From Bdellovibrionota bacterium (GTDB taxonomy: Bacteria; Bdellovibrionota_C; UBA2361; OMII01): DNA of 64,000 nucleotides. The stretch is from contig JBIKLA010000018.1 in the NCBI GenBank assembly GCA_044360075.1, forward strand, positions 2,053 to 66,052. Reading direction: 5' to 3'. Position numbers and translations under genes: made by a program. Of this stretch, positions 19,811 to 30,118 are shown piece after piece; the first letter of the stretch is position 1, and every line of letters starts with the position of its first letter. The notes under the pieces were generated by a model, which searched no databases, was not told the origin of the DNA, and worked only from the letters and a program-made list of their open reading frames with translations.

Positions 19811-20014
19811 TCAGGGAATTCGTGATCGCCGCGCTGGGGGTTTCTGGGACTAACACCGCGGTTTAGCTGATGGGCGGGCTTCCTGTTGGTGGGGAGGCTA
19901 AAGCCTCGCCCCTGGAAGGCTTCAACCCCTTGACCTCGTTAAAATTATGTCGACCGATTCCTCGACACATGCTTCGGCTTGACCTATAGTCGCCACCTTG
20001 TTCGTGGTACCGGC

Positions 20015-20953
20015 ATGAGAGAACGGCTAGTCATTGGTACGCGCAAAAGCGCGCTTGCATTGTGGCAGAGCAGCTTCATCAAGGAGGCGCTCCAGGGCCT
20101 CTTTCCCGGTCTGCATGTCGACCTTAAGCACATCATCACCTTAGGGGACAGGACCCAGGACACCAACGCCGCCATTCCCGAAATTGGTGGCAAAGGCCTC
20201 TTTACGGCCGAGCTTGAGGAGGCCCTCTTGGCGCACGAGATCGACCTTGCGGTGCACTCGCTTAAGGACCTTCCGACTGTTTTGGCACCGCAGTTCTCCA
20301 TTGGCGCAATCCCAGCGCGAGGCCCGGCAGACGACGTTTTCATCTCGCGCTCGGGCAAGCGACTAGAGGAGCTGCCCGCTGGATCTGCAGTGGGCACATC
20401 CAGCCTCCGCCGGTCGTCCCAGATATTGCATCACCGTCCCGATCTGCGGGCGCTGCACATCCGCGGCAACGTCGACACCAGGCTGCGCAAGCTGCGGGCC
20501 GCGGGGGGGGAATACGACGCCATCGTCCTAGCCCGCGCCGGCATAGTGCGGCTGGGGCTTGAGAGAGAGATTACGCACGCTATCTCGCTTGAGGAGATGC
20601 TTCCAGCGCCGGGGCAGGGTGCCTTGGCGGTAGAGTGCCGGGCTGAAGACAGTGAGCTGCTCGGAATGCTCTCGAAGATTCACGATCCTTCTACGGCGGC
20701 CGAGACAACGGCCGAGCGCGCCTTCCTGCGCGAACTTGGTGCCGGATGTAACACGCCGGTTGCGGCGCTTGCGACGGTCGAGAGCAGCGGCTCCTCACGC
20801 GAGATAGCCTTTCGCGGCCGATGCCTCTCTCCGCGCGGGACGGACCTCGTTGAGGTGAGCGGAAGCGCTCCCGCTGGTGAGGCCGAGGCCCTCGGCATAA
20901 CGATGGCTCACCAAGCCATGTCCCGAGGATTTAAGCGCCTTTGCGCCTCGTAG
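20015..20953 (+). CDS. hemC: Hydroxymethylbilane synthase
   Basis: IGTRKSALALWQ, KGLFTAELE, AVHSLKDLPT, GTSSLRR, RGNVDTRLRKL, PAPGQGAL and GAGCNTPV (cofactor Cys). Start set at ATG 20015. Confidence 0.97.
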   Translation: MRERLVIGTRKSALALWQSSFIKEALQGLFPGLHVDLKHIITLGDRTQDTNAAIPEIGGKGLFTAELEEALLAHEIDLAVHSLKDLPTVLAPQFSIGAIPARGPADDVFISRSGKRLEELPAGSAVGTSSLRRSSQILHHRPDLRALHIRGNVDTRLRKLRAAGGEYDAIVLARAGIVRLGLEREITHAISLEEMLPAPGQGALAVECRAEDSELLGMLSKIHDPSTAAETTAERAFLRELGAGCNTPVAALATVESSGSSREIAFRGRCLSPRGTDLVEVSGSAPAGEAEALGITMAHQAMSRGFKRLCAS

Positions 20954-21039
20954 CTCTGCAGAAGCGCTCATAAGCCCGTAATTCCTGGACGTGCAGCGCT
21001 CTTCAATCGTACCCTTAAGGAAGGAGGCAAGAGCAGCCA

Positions 21040-21855
21040 GTGGCCGCCATAAAAATACTACCGACAGCGATTATTACCCGCCCTGAGGGAGCCTACGCAG
21101 GTGCAGACAAGTTGCGGGCTAAGCTTGAGGGGATCGGCTTCAAGTCCGAGCTCCTGCCGGTTTCCAAGGTAGAGCAGCTCAACCTTACTGCCGAAGCGAA
21201 GGACCTTGTGCGCCAAGCCTTTGCAGCGCGTGAGCAATGGCTCGCCTTCTTAAGCCCCTCGGCGGTCTTCGTCTTTAAGAACCTCCTCTCCCGCATCATG
21301 CACTCTGAGAAGATTCCGCCCTCGATATCGCTTGCGGCGCAGGGCAAGGGGACTGCTGATGCCATTAGCGCCTGCTTCGGGCGCAAGCCGGACTTCATGC
21401 CAACGGTCTTTGTGGCCGAGGAGTTCGCCGCTGAATTTGCAAACTTCATCGCTGATGATTCCTCCATTCTTGTGCCGCAATCAGCGGATGGTCGCGATGT
21501 TTTCGGCCCGATTCTTCGGGCACGGGGGTTTTCGGTTGAGACCATCGACACGTACTGTCTTGTGGATGCTCCGCTCAGCGACGAGCTGCGCAAGCGCATG
21601 CAGGAGCTCGCTGGAATGGGCTCCTACATCATTTTTATGAGCCCCTCTGCGGTGAGGGCCGTTGCGAGGGCGTTTAAGGATTATCGCCCGGCTCTTGAGG
21701 CGCTGCGCATCGTGTCGGTTGGGCCGATCACGTCGCAAGCCGTTCGGGAGAGTGGACTTGAGGTTTTCGCCGAAGCAATTGAGAACTCCGAGGACGGCGT
21801 CATCGCTGAGCTTGCAAAGGTGGCAGAGGGCGCAGATCGCGCGAAGGGAACTTAG
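21040..21855 (+). CDS. hemD: Uroporphyrinogen-III synthase
   Basis: IITRP, FLSPSAV, IFMSPSAV and SVGPITSQA motifs; follows hemC. Confidence 0.88.
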   Translation: MAAIKILPTAIITRPEGAYAGADKLRAKLEGIGFKSELLPVSKVEQLNLTAEAKDLVRQAFAAREQWLAFLSPSAVFVFKNLLSRIMHSEKIPPSISLAAQGKGTADAISACFGRKPDFMPTVFVAEEFAAEFANFIADDSSILVPQSADGRDVFGPILRARGFSVETIDTYCLVDAPLSDELRKRMQELAGMGSYIIFMSPSAVRAVARAFKDYRPALEALRIVSVGPITSQAVRESGLEVFAEAIENSEDGVIAELAKVAEGADRAKGT

Positions 21856-21912
21856 CCAAGCATTCCGCTATCCTAGCCTCCGCAGGCGGGCGCTTTCCGG
21901 GAGTCCCCCTCC

Positions 21913-21941
21913 TTGAAAAAAAGGCTATCCTTGGCTAGTGT
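21913..21941 (+). promoter_or_regulatory. Candidate sigma-70 promoter for serS
   Basis: TTGAAA-N17-TAGTGT, 35 nt before ATG 21977. Confidence 0.5.
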
Positions 21942-21976
21942 AAGACCTTGAAATCTTGGGTGTTACGGAGTCCTAC

Positions 21977-23257
21977 ATGATCGACCTTCACGACCTACGC
22001 GAGCGGCCGGATGAGTATCAACACGCGTGCGAGGTAAAGCGCATCAAGCTCGATATCAAGGCCTTCCTTCAGCTCGATGCAGAGTACCGAAAGGCGCGCA
22101 GCGATGTGGAATCAATGCGCGCTGAGCAGAACGCCGTAAGCAAAGAGATCCCAAAGCTCTCTGGCGGCGAGAAGGACGCGAAGCTCGCACAGATGAAGGT
22201 GCTGGCGGAGAAGCTTAAGGAGGGTGGGGCAGCCCTTAAGGAGCTTGAGGAGCGCTTCAACAAGCAGCAGCTCTTGGTGCCGAGCATCCCACTCCCGCAG
22301 GTTCCTGTCGGAAAGGACGACACCGAAAACAAGCCCGTTCGCACATGGGGCGAAATCTCATCCCCGTCGTTTGAGCTCCGTGATCACGTTCGTCTAGGCA
22401 AGGAGCTCGACCTGTTTGACATTGAGCGCGGCGTGAAGGTCGCAGGTGCACGCAGCTACTTCCTCAAGGGAGACGGCATGCGGCTTCAGCACGCCATGAT
22501 GAGCCTCGCGCTGGACGTACTGCACAAGGCCGGCTACACGCTCTTTGACCCGCCCCATATCGTTAAGTACGAAGCGATGGTTGGAACCGGCTACTTTCCT
22601 GGTGGCGAGGAGATGGCGTACCACCTCGACGAGCGCGATGACGGGTTCCACCTCATCGGAACCTCTGAGGTGCCTGTCGCCTCGTACCACTACGACGAGA
22701 TCGTGTCACTCGACGAGCTTCCAAAGCGCTACGCCGGGTACTCGCCGTGCTACCGCCGTGAGGCTGGCGCCTATGGCAAGGACACGACAGGACTGTATCG
22801 TGTGCACCAGTTTTACAAGGTTGAGCAGGTTATCTTCTGCAAGGCAGACCAAGAAGAGAGCATGCGTTTGCACGCAGAGATCCTCGGCAATGCCGAGAAG
22901 GTGATGCAGCTCCTGGAGCTCCCGTACCGCGTCGTTGACGTGTGCACGGGCGACATGGGTCAAGGGCAGGTGTACAAAAACGATATCGAGGCGTGGATGC
23001 CCTCGCGCAAGGCGTACGGAGAGACGCACAGCTGCTCGTCGTTCTACGACTTCCAGGCGCGACGGCTTAATACCCGCTACAAGGACACAAACGGAAAGAA
23101 CGTGTTTTGCTACACGCTCAACAACACCTGTGTTGCGTCGCCGCGAATCTTCATCCCGCTCCTCGAGAACCACCAGAATGCTGACGGCTCGGTGACGATC
23201 CCGAAGGCGCTCCGGCCGTACATGGGCGGGCAAGATATCATTGCGCCAAAGCGCTAG
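21977..23257 (+). CDS. serS: Serine--tRNA ligase
   Basis: N-terminal coiled coil, LIGTSEVP, CYRREAG, GLYRVHQFYKVEQ and ETHSCS motifs. GGAG RBS precedes ATG 21977. Confidence 0.97.
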   Translation: MIDLHDLRERPDEYQHACEVKRIKLDIKAFLQLDAEYRKARSDVESMRAEQNAVSKEIPKLSGGEKDAKLAQMKVLAEKLKEGGAALKELEERFNKQQLLVPSIPLPQVPVGKDDTENKPVRTWGEISSPSFELRDHVRLGKELDLFDIERGVKVAGARSYFLKGDGMRLQHAMMSLALDVLHKAGYTLFDPPHIVKYEAMVGTGYFPGGEEMAYHLDERDDGFHLIGTSEVPVASYHYDEIVSLDELPKRYAGYSPCYRREAGAYGKDTTGLYRVHQFYKVEQVIFCKADQEESMRLHAEILGNAEKVMQLLELPYRVVDVCTGDMGQGQVYKNDIEAWMPSRKAYGETHSCSSFYDFQARRLNTRYKDTNGKNVFCYTLNNTCVASPRIFIPLLENHQNADGSVTIPKALRPYMGGQDIIAPKR

Positions 23258-23272
23258 AACCAGGAGGTAGTA

Positions 23273-24292
23273 GTGTCTCTCTTTATCGACACCTTGTGCG
23301 GAAAGCGCGGCCCCCGGCCGCCGATATGGCTTATGCGCCAGGCAGGCCGCTATCTGCCAGAGTACCGCGCTCTGCGCGAAAAGAACTCGATGCTCCAGAT
23401 GGTGATGACCCCGGAGCTTGCGTGCGAGGTGACGATTCAGCCGCTGCGGCGATTCCCGCTCGACGCTGCAATCATCTTCGCCGACATCCTCACGCCGCTG
23501 ATTGGCATGGGCGCGAAGCTTGAGTTCAAGAAAGGCGAGGGTCCTGTCATCGAAAATCCGGTGCGCTCTGCGGCGGACGTTGCTTCCCTGAAGAACCCGC
23601 CTCCTACGGAGTCTGTCCGCTACACCCTCGATGCCATCAGGCTTGTGGTGAAGGAGCTGGGAGAAAAGACCCCGCTGATCGGCTTCTCGGGAGCGCCGTT
23701 CACGCTTTCCTGCTACCTCATCGAGGGACAAAGCCCAGGAGATCTTGAGCGCACGAAGGGCATGATGTTCGGAGACCCCAATACGTGGCATCTGCTTCAG
23801 GAGAAGCTTGTGTCCCTGTGCGTTGAGTATCTCGTGGCGCAGGTTGAGGCTGGCTGCCGATCGCTTCAGATCTTTGACTCGTGGCTTGGGTACCTCGGGC
23901 CGCGCGAGTACGAGCGCTTTGTCGAGCCCTATCTTACGCGTGTGGTCTCGGAGGTGCGGGCGCGAGTCAGCGTTCCGGTCGTGTTTTTTGCGACCGGCGT
24001 GGCGGGGCTCTTTCCGCTCCTGTCGAAGCTCGACGTGCACGGATTCGGGGTCGACTGGCGCCTGACCCTTCCGCAGGCCCGCGCGCTGCTTGGGCGCGAC
24101 GTTACGCTCCAAGGCAACCTCGATCCCCAGATCTTGGCGGGCCCGTGGGAATACGTTGAGCAATCGGCTCGCGCTATCCTTAAGGAAGCGGCGGACCTTC
24201 CCGCCCACGTGTTTAACTTGGGCCACGGCGTGCTGCCCCACACCCCGCCGGAGAATGTGCAGCGAATGGTTGAGCTGGTGCAGGCGAGGTAA
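23273..24292 (+). CDS. hemE: Uroporphyrinogen decarboxylase
   Basis: PIWLMRQAGRYLPEY, DAAIIFADIL, LIGFSGAPFTL, LQGNLDP and FNLGHG motifs. Confidence 0.97.
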   Translation: MSLFIDTLCGKRGPRPPIWLMRQAGRYLPEYRALREKNSMLQMVMTPELACEVTIQPLRRFPLDAAIIFADILTPLIGMGAKLEFKKGEGPVIENPVRSAADVASLKNPPPTESVRYTLDAIRLVVKELGEKTPLIGFSGAPFTLSCYLIEGQSPGDLERTKGMMFGDPNTWHLLQEKLVSLCVEYLVAQVEAGCRSLQIFDSWLGYLGPREYERFVEPYLTRVVSEVRARVSVPVVFFATGVAGLFPLLSKLDVHGFGVDWRLTLPQARALLGRDVTLQGNLDPQILAGPWEYVEQSARAILKEAADLPAHVFNLGHGVLPHTPPENVQRMVELVQAR

Positions 24293-24295
24293 CGA

Positions 24296-25150
24296 GTGGC
24301 AACTCATCTCCTCGCAATCGCTTCAGTCCTCCTGTACGTGGCCGCTACTGCGCTCATGCTCCTTCAGCTGTGGCGTCCCAGCCGTGCTGGCCGGACAGCC
24401 GGGGCCGCTCACGCAGCCTTTCTTGCCGCGCTCGGACTCCACACGATCACGCTTGGGCTTGTCCTAAAAGACGACCGATTTTTGCTGCTCGACAATGGGG
24501 CTGATTATTTTCTGCTTGTGTCGTGGGGGCTTGCCGTTGTGTTTGCGCTGCTCAAGCGCCGGCTGAATTATCCTATTGTTGGGGCGTTCCTCATTCCCAC
24601 GATCGTGCTCTTCATGGGCAGCTCGTCGTATCTCCTCCACAATGAGCCCGTCTCGCTTCTCGCGGATCCGAGCGTGCAGACAAAAGAGGGGATCATCCTC
24701 TCGCTCCTCCACGGGGTGCCCGCGCTCGTGGCGGTTGTGAGTCTCGCTCTGGCCCTCATCGTGAGCGCCGTATTCCTGATCATCGAGCGCCGTATCAAGC
24801 AGCGCCGCGGGGAGATGCTCTCGCTCGCAGGCCCAAACCTTCAGATCCTCGACGTGCTCAACAGGCAGCTCGTTCAGGTCGGATTCGTTGCTATCTCTTT
24901 TGTGGTGCTCTCAGGCAGCCTGTGGGCCGTGAGCGAGCAGAAGCCCGTGTTTTCAGCCGACACCTCGGTGATCTCCGGCTTGGTCACGTGGGTGCTGCTC
25001 GCCTGCATCCTGCATGCGCGGCTTGTGCTTAAATGGTCGCCGCGCCAGGTCTCGCGCCTTACCGTGCTCGTCACCGCCTCTTTCTTTGTGACGGTCTTCG
25101 CCGTGATGGCGTGGGCCGGGCGTATAACGCATGCCGAACTTTTTTCGTGA
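24296..25150 (+). CDS. ccsA: Cytochrome c assembly protein (CcsA/YpjD-like)
   Basis: About 8 TM helices, conserved LLHG and SGSLWA segments; sits directly upstream of hemA. Confidence 0.78.
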   Translation: MATHLLAIASVLLYVAATALMLLQLWRPSRAGRTAGAAHAAFLAALGLHTITLGLVLKDDRFLLLDNGADYFLLVSWGLAVVFALLKRRLNYPIVGAFLIPTIVLFMGSSSYLLHNEPVSLLADPSVQTKEGIILSLLHGVPALVAVVSLALALIVSAVFLIIERRIKQRRGEMLSLAGPNLQILDVLNRQLVQVGFVAISFVVLSGSLWAVSEQKPVFSADTSVISGLVTWVLLACILHARLVLKWSPRQVSRLTVLVTASFFVTVFAVMAWAGRITHAELFS

Positions 25151-25160
25151 TGGGAGAGTG

Positions 25161-26435
25161 ATGACTAACGCTGCGCTCTCAACCTCCTACGACCCCTCCG
25201 TTATCGTGACTGGGGTGAGCTTTCGCACCCTCGACGTGGCCGGGCGTGAGATCCTTGCCCGCAAGGCACCACAGCCTGAAAAGCTGGGGCGTTACCTCGT
25301 TCAGGAGGGCCTGGCGCGAGAGGCTGCCGTCATCTCCACCTGCAACCGCTTTGAGATCCTCTCAGTTGGCGGGGAGCAGGGCGGCATTCGGCGCTTCTTT
25401 GAGTCTCTGATCGAGGCCCGTGAGGCCAACGAGGAGGTGCTGTACCAGCTCCATGATCGCAGGGCCGTGCGGCATCTTTATCGCGTCTCCTCAAGCCTCG
25501 ACTCGATGGTTCTCGGCGAGGCGCAGATCCTCGGCCAGGTAAAAGAGTCGTACAGGCGCGCCGTTGAGGCAGGAAGCGTCGGCGCGCACCTTCATCACAT
25601 CTTCCAGAGCGCCTTCCACGTCGCCAAGCGGGTGCGCTCGCACACCGAGGTGTCGCAGCACGGCGTGTCCGTCAGCTATGTCGCCGTGCGGCTCGCTCAG
25701 CAGATCTTCTCGAACCTCGCCGACTCCTCTGTTCTTATCATCGGAAGCGGCGAGATGGCGGAGCTCGCGGCCCTGCACCTGTGCTCGCACGGGTGCTCGC
25801 GCATCACGGTCGCAAACCGCACCGTCGAGCGCGCAGCCGAGCTGGCCGAGCGTTTCGGCGGCTCGGCGGTTGCGCTGGGGGATGTCGATCGGGTGCTCGA
25901 CCAGGCCGACATCGTTATCGGCTCGATCTCGATCGACCGGCCAATCCTTACGAAACCGTCGCTGCGATCGCGCCGTGGGGACAAGCCGCTCTTTTTGATA
26001 GACCTCGGGCTGCCGCGCAACTTTGCGCCCGACCTCGCTGAGCAGGACAGCGTCTACCTCTACAACATCGACGACCTCTCGGGCATCGCCGCAGAGAACC
26101 AGGCGCTGCGTGAGGCCGCTGCCCACGAGGCGGAGCTCATTATCGATTATGGCCTGATGCAGTTCGAGCGGTGGCGAGCAAAGATCTCAGCGCAGCCCGA
26201 GATCGTCGACCTGCGCGCCAGGGTGCGTGCTATCTGCGAAGCCGAGGTCGAGCGCGCCTTGGGCGGCCTTGCGGCTGCTAGCACCCTGAATTTACAGGAC
26301 CCGCTGGGCGAGCGCCTGGCCCACGCCATCGCCCAGAAGGTGGCGCATGAATTGACCTGCCTGCTGGAGCGTCAGAGGGGGGTCAATTCGGACGATGATG
26401 CGGCTGCCCCGTTCCTCATCGTCCCCAAAGGATAG
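25161..26435 (+). CDS. hemA: Glutamyl-tRNA reductase
   Basis: STCNRFE (catalytic Cys), SSLDSMVLGEAQILGQVK, IIGSGEMA, ANRT and IDLGLPRNF motifs. Confidence 0.96.
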   Translation: MTNAALSTSYDPSVIVTGVSFRTLDVAGREILARKAPQPEKLGRYLVQEGLAREAAVISTCNRFEILSVGGEQGGIRRFFESLIEAREANEEVLYQLHDRRAVRHLYRVSSSLDSMVLGEAQILGQVKESYRRAVEAGSVGAHLHHIFQSAFHVAKRVRSHTEVSQHGVSVSYVAVRLAQQIFSNLADSSVLIIGSGEMAELAALHLCSHGCSRITVANRTVERAAELAERFGGSAVALGDVDRVLDQADIVIGSISIDRPILTKPSLRSRRGDKPLFLIDLGLPRNFAPDLAEQDSVYLYNIDDLSGIAAENQALREAAAHEAELIIDYGLMQFERWRAKISAQPEIVDLRARVRAICEAEVERALGGLAAASTLNLQDPLGERLAHAIAQKVAHELTCLLERQRGVNSDDDAAAPFLIVPKG

Positions 26436-26594
26436 CTCTCCCCAAACCGCACCCATCAAGCTCCCCCGAGCGCAAAGCTGCCGCTCCCGTTTTGTGGCAT
26501 GTGTAGTATGGTGAGCAATCCGGCGGCGGCCGAGGCAAGGCGAAAAACGAGCTTGGCATCCCCACACTAACGTGGCGTAAGGTAGGGAGACTGT

Positions 26595-27635
26595 ATGAAG
26601 GACACCGCAATAATTTTTGCCCTAGGCGTTTGTGCGTTCTTTTTTAGCGGAGGAGTAGGCATGGCTGACACAAAGAAGATGAGTGACGAGGAGCTCAAGC
26701 AGAAGCTTAGCCCGCTGCAGTACCAGGTGACACAGCAGTGCGGCACCGAGGCGCCGTTCCAGAATGAGTACTGGGACAACCACCGCGCGGGTATCTATGT
26801 GGACGTCGTCTCGGGAGAGCCGCTTTTTAGCTCCCTCGACAAGTTCGACTCGGGCTCTGGGTGGCCAAGCTTCACAAAGCCGATCGATAGCGCTGTTGTC
26901 ACGGAGAAGATCGACAAGAGCCACGGCATGACCCGCACAGAGGTGCGCTCACAACAGGGAGACTCTCACCTCGGGCACATCTTTCCGGACGGGCCGGGGC
27001 CGAACGGCCTGCGCTACTGCATCAACTCAGCCTCACTTCGGTTTATCCCGGTTGCGGATCTCGAGAGCGGGGGATACGGAGAGTACCGCACGCTCTTTGA
27101 GGGGCAGGCGAGCGCAGCCTCATCGGGCGCTGGCGCAAGGGCTGTCCCGCACGAGGAGGTAGCGATCATGGCTGGCGGATGCTTCTGGGGAGTTGAGGAG
27201 CTCATTCGCAAGCTTCCGGGCGTCATCTCAACCGAGGTGGGCTACACTGGCGGAGCGTTTCCCTTTCCCTCGTACGACAAGGTGAGTGCCGGAACGAGCG
27301 GCCACGCTGAGTCGGTGCGGGTCGTCTTTGATCCGAGCAAACTCTCGTACTCTGACCTGTTGCGATACTTCTTTAGGCTCCACGATCCAACAACCCCTAA
27401 CCGCCAGGGAAACGACCGTGGAACTCAGTACCGCTCAGTAATCTTCTTCACATCCCCGGAGCAGGAGCGGGCCGCCAATAAGGTAAAGCAGGAGGTCGCC
27501 GCCTCCGGCAAGTGGGGCTCTCCGGTCGTCACGCAGGTGGTCGCCGCCTCAACGTGGTATCCGGCGGAGGACTACCACCAAGACTACCTGCAGAAGCACC
27601 CAGACGGTTACACCTGCCACTACCTGAGGGACTAG
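26595..27635 (+). CDS. msrAB: Bifunctional methionine sulfoxide reductase, MsrB-MsrA fusion
   Basis: MsrB motifs [15 protein letters not shown] and RYCINSA, followed by MsrA motifs [24 protein letters not shown] and AEDYHQDYL. Alternative start at ATG 26661. Confidence 0.96.
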   Translation: MKDTAIIFALGVCAFFFSGGVGMADTKKMSDEELKQKLSPLQYQVTQQCGTEAPFQNEYWDNHRAGIYVDVVSGEPLFSSLDKFDSGSGWPSFTKPIDSAVVTEKIDKSHGMTRTEVRSQQGDSHLGHIFPDGPGPNGLRYCINSASLRFIPVADLESGGYGEYRTLFEGQASAASSGAGARAVPHEEVAIMAGGCFWGVEELIRKLPGVISTEVGYTGGAFPFPSYDKVSAGTSGHAESVRVVFDPSKLSYSDLLRYFFRLHDPTTPNRQGNDRGTQYRSVIFFTSPEQERAANKVKQEVAASGKWGSPVVTQVVAASTWYPAEDYHQDYLQKHPDGYTCHYLRD

Positions 27636-27645
27636 CCGCGCAACG

Positions 27646-29481
27646 TTAGCTGCCGAGGCGCAGCAGGATCTGCTTGGCGACCATTGAGAAGAGGGCGCCG
27701 AGCTGTTCTTTCCTCTCTGTTCCGAAATACTCACCCTGGTCAGTCGAGTTAACGTTGGGGCCGATGCCTGGGACGTATCCGACCGACTGAGTGCAGGAGT
27801 AGCAGTCGGATGAGACGTTTGTTGCGCAACTGGAACTACAGCGACAGACTGCCGAGTTTAGGCTCAAGCTGGTGTTGCCGCTTCGGCTGAAGTCGTAGTT
27901 GGGAGTGAGGGTGCCGCTTGTTGTGCTGACAGCATCGGGGTCCATTGCTATGCGGTGGAGAAACCGGTCCTTCCTGACCACTGGATTGTCGATGTTCTCA
28001 AACGGGTCTTCGCAGGCAGAGGCGGTTGAGTTAGAGCCGAGGCCAACTGTGAAAACGGTAGCCTTAAATTCTGAGCGAATGTAGTCCGAGGCCTCGATCG
28101 CGCAGTAGTATGCTAGCTTGGCGTAATTTAAGTTTGCCGGCACATCGCCGTTTGAGTCTATGGGTACGCCCCGGACGCTAGCCGCGTTGTTCGTTCCCGG
28201 AATCGTAAAATCGAGGGAGGTTAGGCAGCCTCGGGGGGTGGGGATAGGCGTGCTAGTCGCACTGGCATTAAGAGCGTGAGGGAACTGGGTCTGGTTGGAG
28301 AGCACCGGGCCGCAAAGATCGGATACTTCGGGTGCGGTGGCCTTGTCCTTTGGGGAGATGCGGTCGAGGCTAATCACGTGATTAAAAAGGGATGCTGTCT
28401 TGACGAGCGGTGAGGGGCCCCGATACATCGTCCCATTGGCATTCCTCCACTCCAGCGTGTACTGGTAGTCCGTCGCCGGAGCCCGGCTGGAAAAGGTGCC
28501 GCGGAATGCGTTGGGGGCTCCGTCGGTAAAGAGCACAACGATCTTCTTTACCCGATTGTACTGGGCTCCCGCTGCGCCTGAGGCTGCGTTCTTAAAGGAA
28601 TTGAGCTCGGTGATGGCGAATTGCAGCCCTTCGCAGATATTAGTGTTGCTGAGGGGGCGCAGGGAATCTGCGGCCGGTCCGGTTGAGGTGACCCGGGTAA
28701 AGTCAGCATAGCGAGTGGTGGATGATCCAAAGGGGGACGGGGCGGCTCCCCCAGCTGTAAACGGAAAGACCGTTCGGGCCCCGAGGTTAAACGTAGTGAC
28801 TGAGATGTAGTCGTGCAGAGGATTGAAGTAGCCCTTGAACACTCCAAGAGCGCTCACAAGCTTCGTAATTAGCTTATCACCGCTGTTGCAGTTCGAGCCA
28901 TCCGTTCTGCAGGCGCACGTCGGGTCTGTGCAGTTCATGGAGCCGGAAACATCGAGTACGAGCGCCACAGCCACGGGGTCAAGCTGGGCGGTCGCGGTGG
29001 ACCTCACGGGGGCCCTGAATGTGTTGTCGGTGAAGTTGCTGCCGATAAGGCGGGCAACGCGGCCGAGCACAAAGGTCGGGACGCGGTATGTCGTTTCGAT
29101 CCTTACCCGGTCCCGCGCGCAGTCGTAGAAGTTGGCGCCCAAGGGAGTAAGGTTTCCGTCGTTGTTCGCCCGCGCGTCTGGATGAAAAGTTCCCAGGTTC
29201 TCGCGTATAACCGCGGTGGCGTGTGCCTGGAGCAGCAGCAGCCCGTTGGCTTTTGGCGCGCAGCCCCCGCCGCTAGTCTCAAAAAACTTGCCCCAGCCCT
29301 CAATAGCCCTGTACTGAATGGTTGAGAACGCCGCGGCCTTCGCAGCCCGCTCGATTCGCGTCTGCCAGGTATAGAGATGGGCGAGGTCGACCGCCATGCC
29401 CCCTAGGGTGAGGAACACGCCGAGGGAGAGCACGAAGAGCACCATCACGTAGCCGCGTTCTTTACAGGATCGTTGTTTCAC
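27646..29481 (-). CDS. tadG: TadG-like pilus protein with vWA domain, cysteine-rich
   Basis: Prepilin-like N-terminus (ERG|YVMVLFVLSL...MAVDLAHLY), MIDAS motif LVLDVSGS and LFTDGAP. Start set at GTG 29481. Confidence 0.8.
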   Translation of the reverse strand: MKQRSCKERGYVMVLFVLSLGVFLTLGGMAVDLAHLYTWQTRIERAAKAAAFSTIQYRAIEGWGKFFETSGGGCAPKANGLLLLQAHATAVIRENLGTFHPDARANNDGNLTPLGANFYDCARDRVRIETTYRVPTFVLGRVARLIGSNFTDNTFRAPVRSTATAQLDPVAVALVLDVSGSMNCTDPTCACRTDGSNCNSGDKLITKLVSALGVFKGYFNPLHDYISVTTFNLGARTVFPFTAGGAAPSPFGSSTTRYADFTRVTSTGPAADSLRPLSNTNICEGLQFAITELNSFKNAASGAAGAQYNRVKKIVVLFTDGAPNAFRGTFSSRAPATDYQYTLEWRNANGTMYRGPSPLVKTASLFNHVISLDRISPKDKATAPEVSDLCGPVLSNQTQFPHALNASATSTPIPTPRGCLTSLDFTIPGTNNAASVRGVPIDSNGDVPANLNYAKLAYYCAIEASDYIRSEFKATVFTVGLGSNSTASACEDPFENIDNPVVRKDRFLHRIAMDPDAVSTTSGTLTPNYDFSRSGNTSLSLNSAVCRCSSSCATNVSSDCYSCTQSVGYVPGIGPNVNSTDQGEYFGTERKEQLGALFSMVAKQILLRLGS

Positions 29482-30118
29482 GGGGCAAGTTCTGTTGGTT
29501 GGCTGGTCTAAGGGGAGATCTAAGGGGAGAATTGGCGAAGTTAACATCGAAGCTGTTTCCGACTCCGATTACCCGGTAGTTGATGATGGGGGCATACACA
29601 AAGGTCATCTCGGAAATCAAGACCCGGCCGGTTGTGCACCCCCACGTGCCTGTCACGATGCCGTTGGGGCCAGCGATTCCCCCCGCGCGCGGCTGATATG
29701 CCGAGTTGGGGTTTTGTGAGGTAATTGCCTGCGGGGCCTGGGCGGCACACCCCGCAGTCGGGACGGGGTTGGCATAGTCGAACCGGTACATGGAGATCGT
29801 GACAGAGCCCGGAATGCCTGTGCCGGCGAGGGTGGCTTCTATTGAGGCCTTTACGTTGTCAAGGCATCCCTGGATAAGGGGAGTGGTAACCAGTTGATTG
29901 ACTAAGACCTCCCCGTTTGTGAATTTCACGCTAGTTCTGTCGCATTGACGATACGCCCGCATGGCAGCTTCCTTGCTCAGCACATCCGCAACCTGCCGAA
30001 AGCGGATAAAGCGCGAGAGCTCGACGGTTGCTCCGGCAACAAGCAGCATGATCGGCGCGACCATGATAAACTCAAGGAAGCTCGCGCCACGTTGTTGCCC
30101 CCGGTCGTTCATGCGCAC
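29462..30118 (-). CDS. tadE: TadE/TadF-like pseudopilin
   Basis: QRG|ASFLEFIMVAP: G/XXXXE prepilin-peptidase motif followed by a hydrophobic helix. Confidence 0.85.
   Translation of the reverse strand: MRMNDRGQQRGASFLEFIMVAPIMLLVAGATVELSRFIRFRQVADVLSKEAAMRAYRQCDRTSVKFTNGEVLVNQLVTTPLIQGCLDNVKASIEATLAGTGIPGSVTISMYRFDYANPVPTAGCAAQAPQAITSQNPNSAYQPRAGGIAGPNGIVTGTWGCTTGRVLISEMTFVYAPIINYRVIGVGNSFDVNFANSPLRSPLRPANQQNLPRETTIL

Noticed and set aside
22706-24307. 533-aa minus-strand ORF
   Set aside because: Antisense shadow of serS and hemE.
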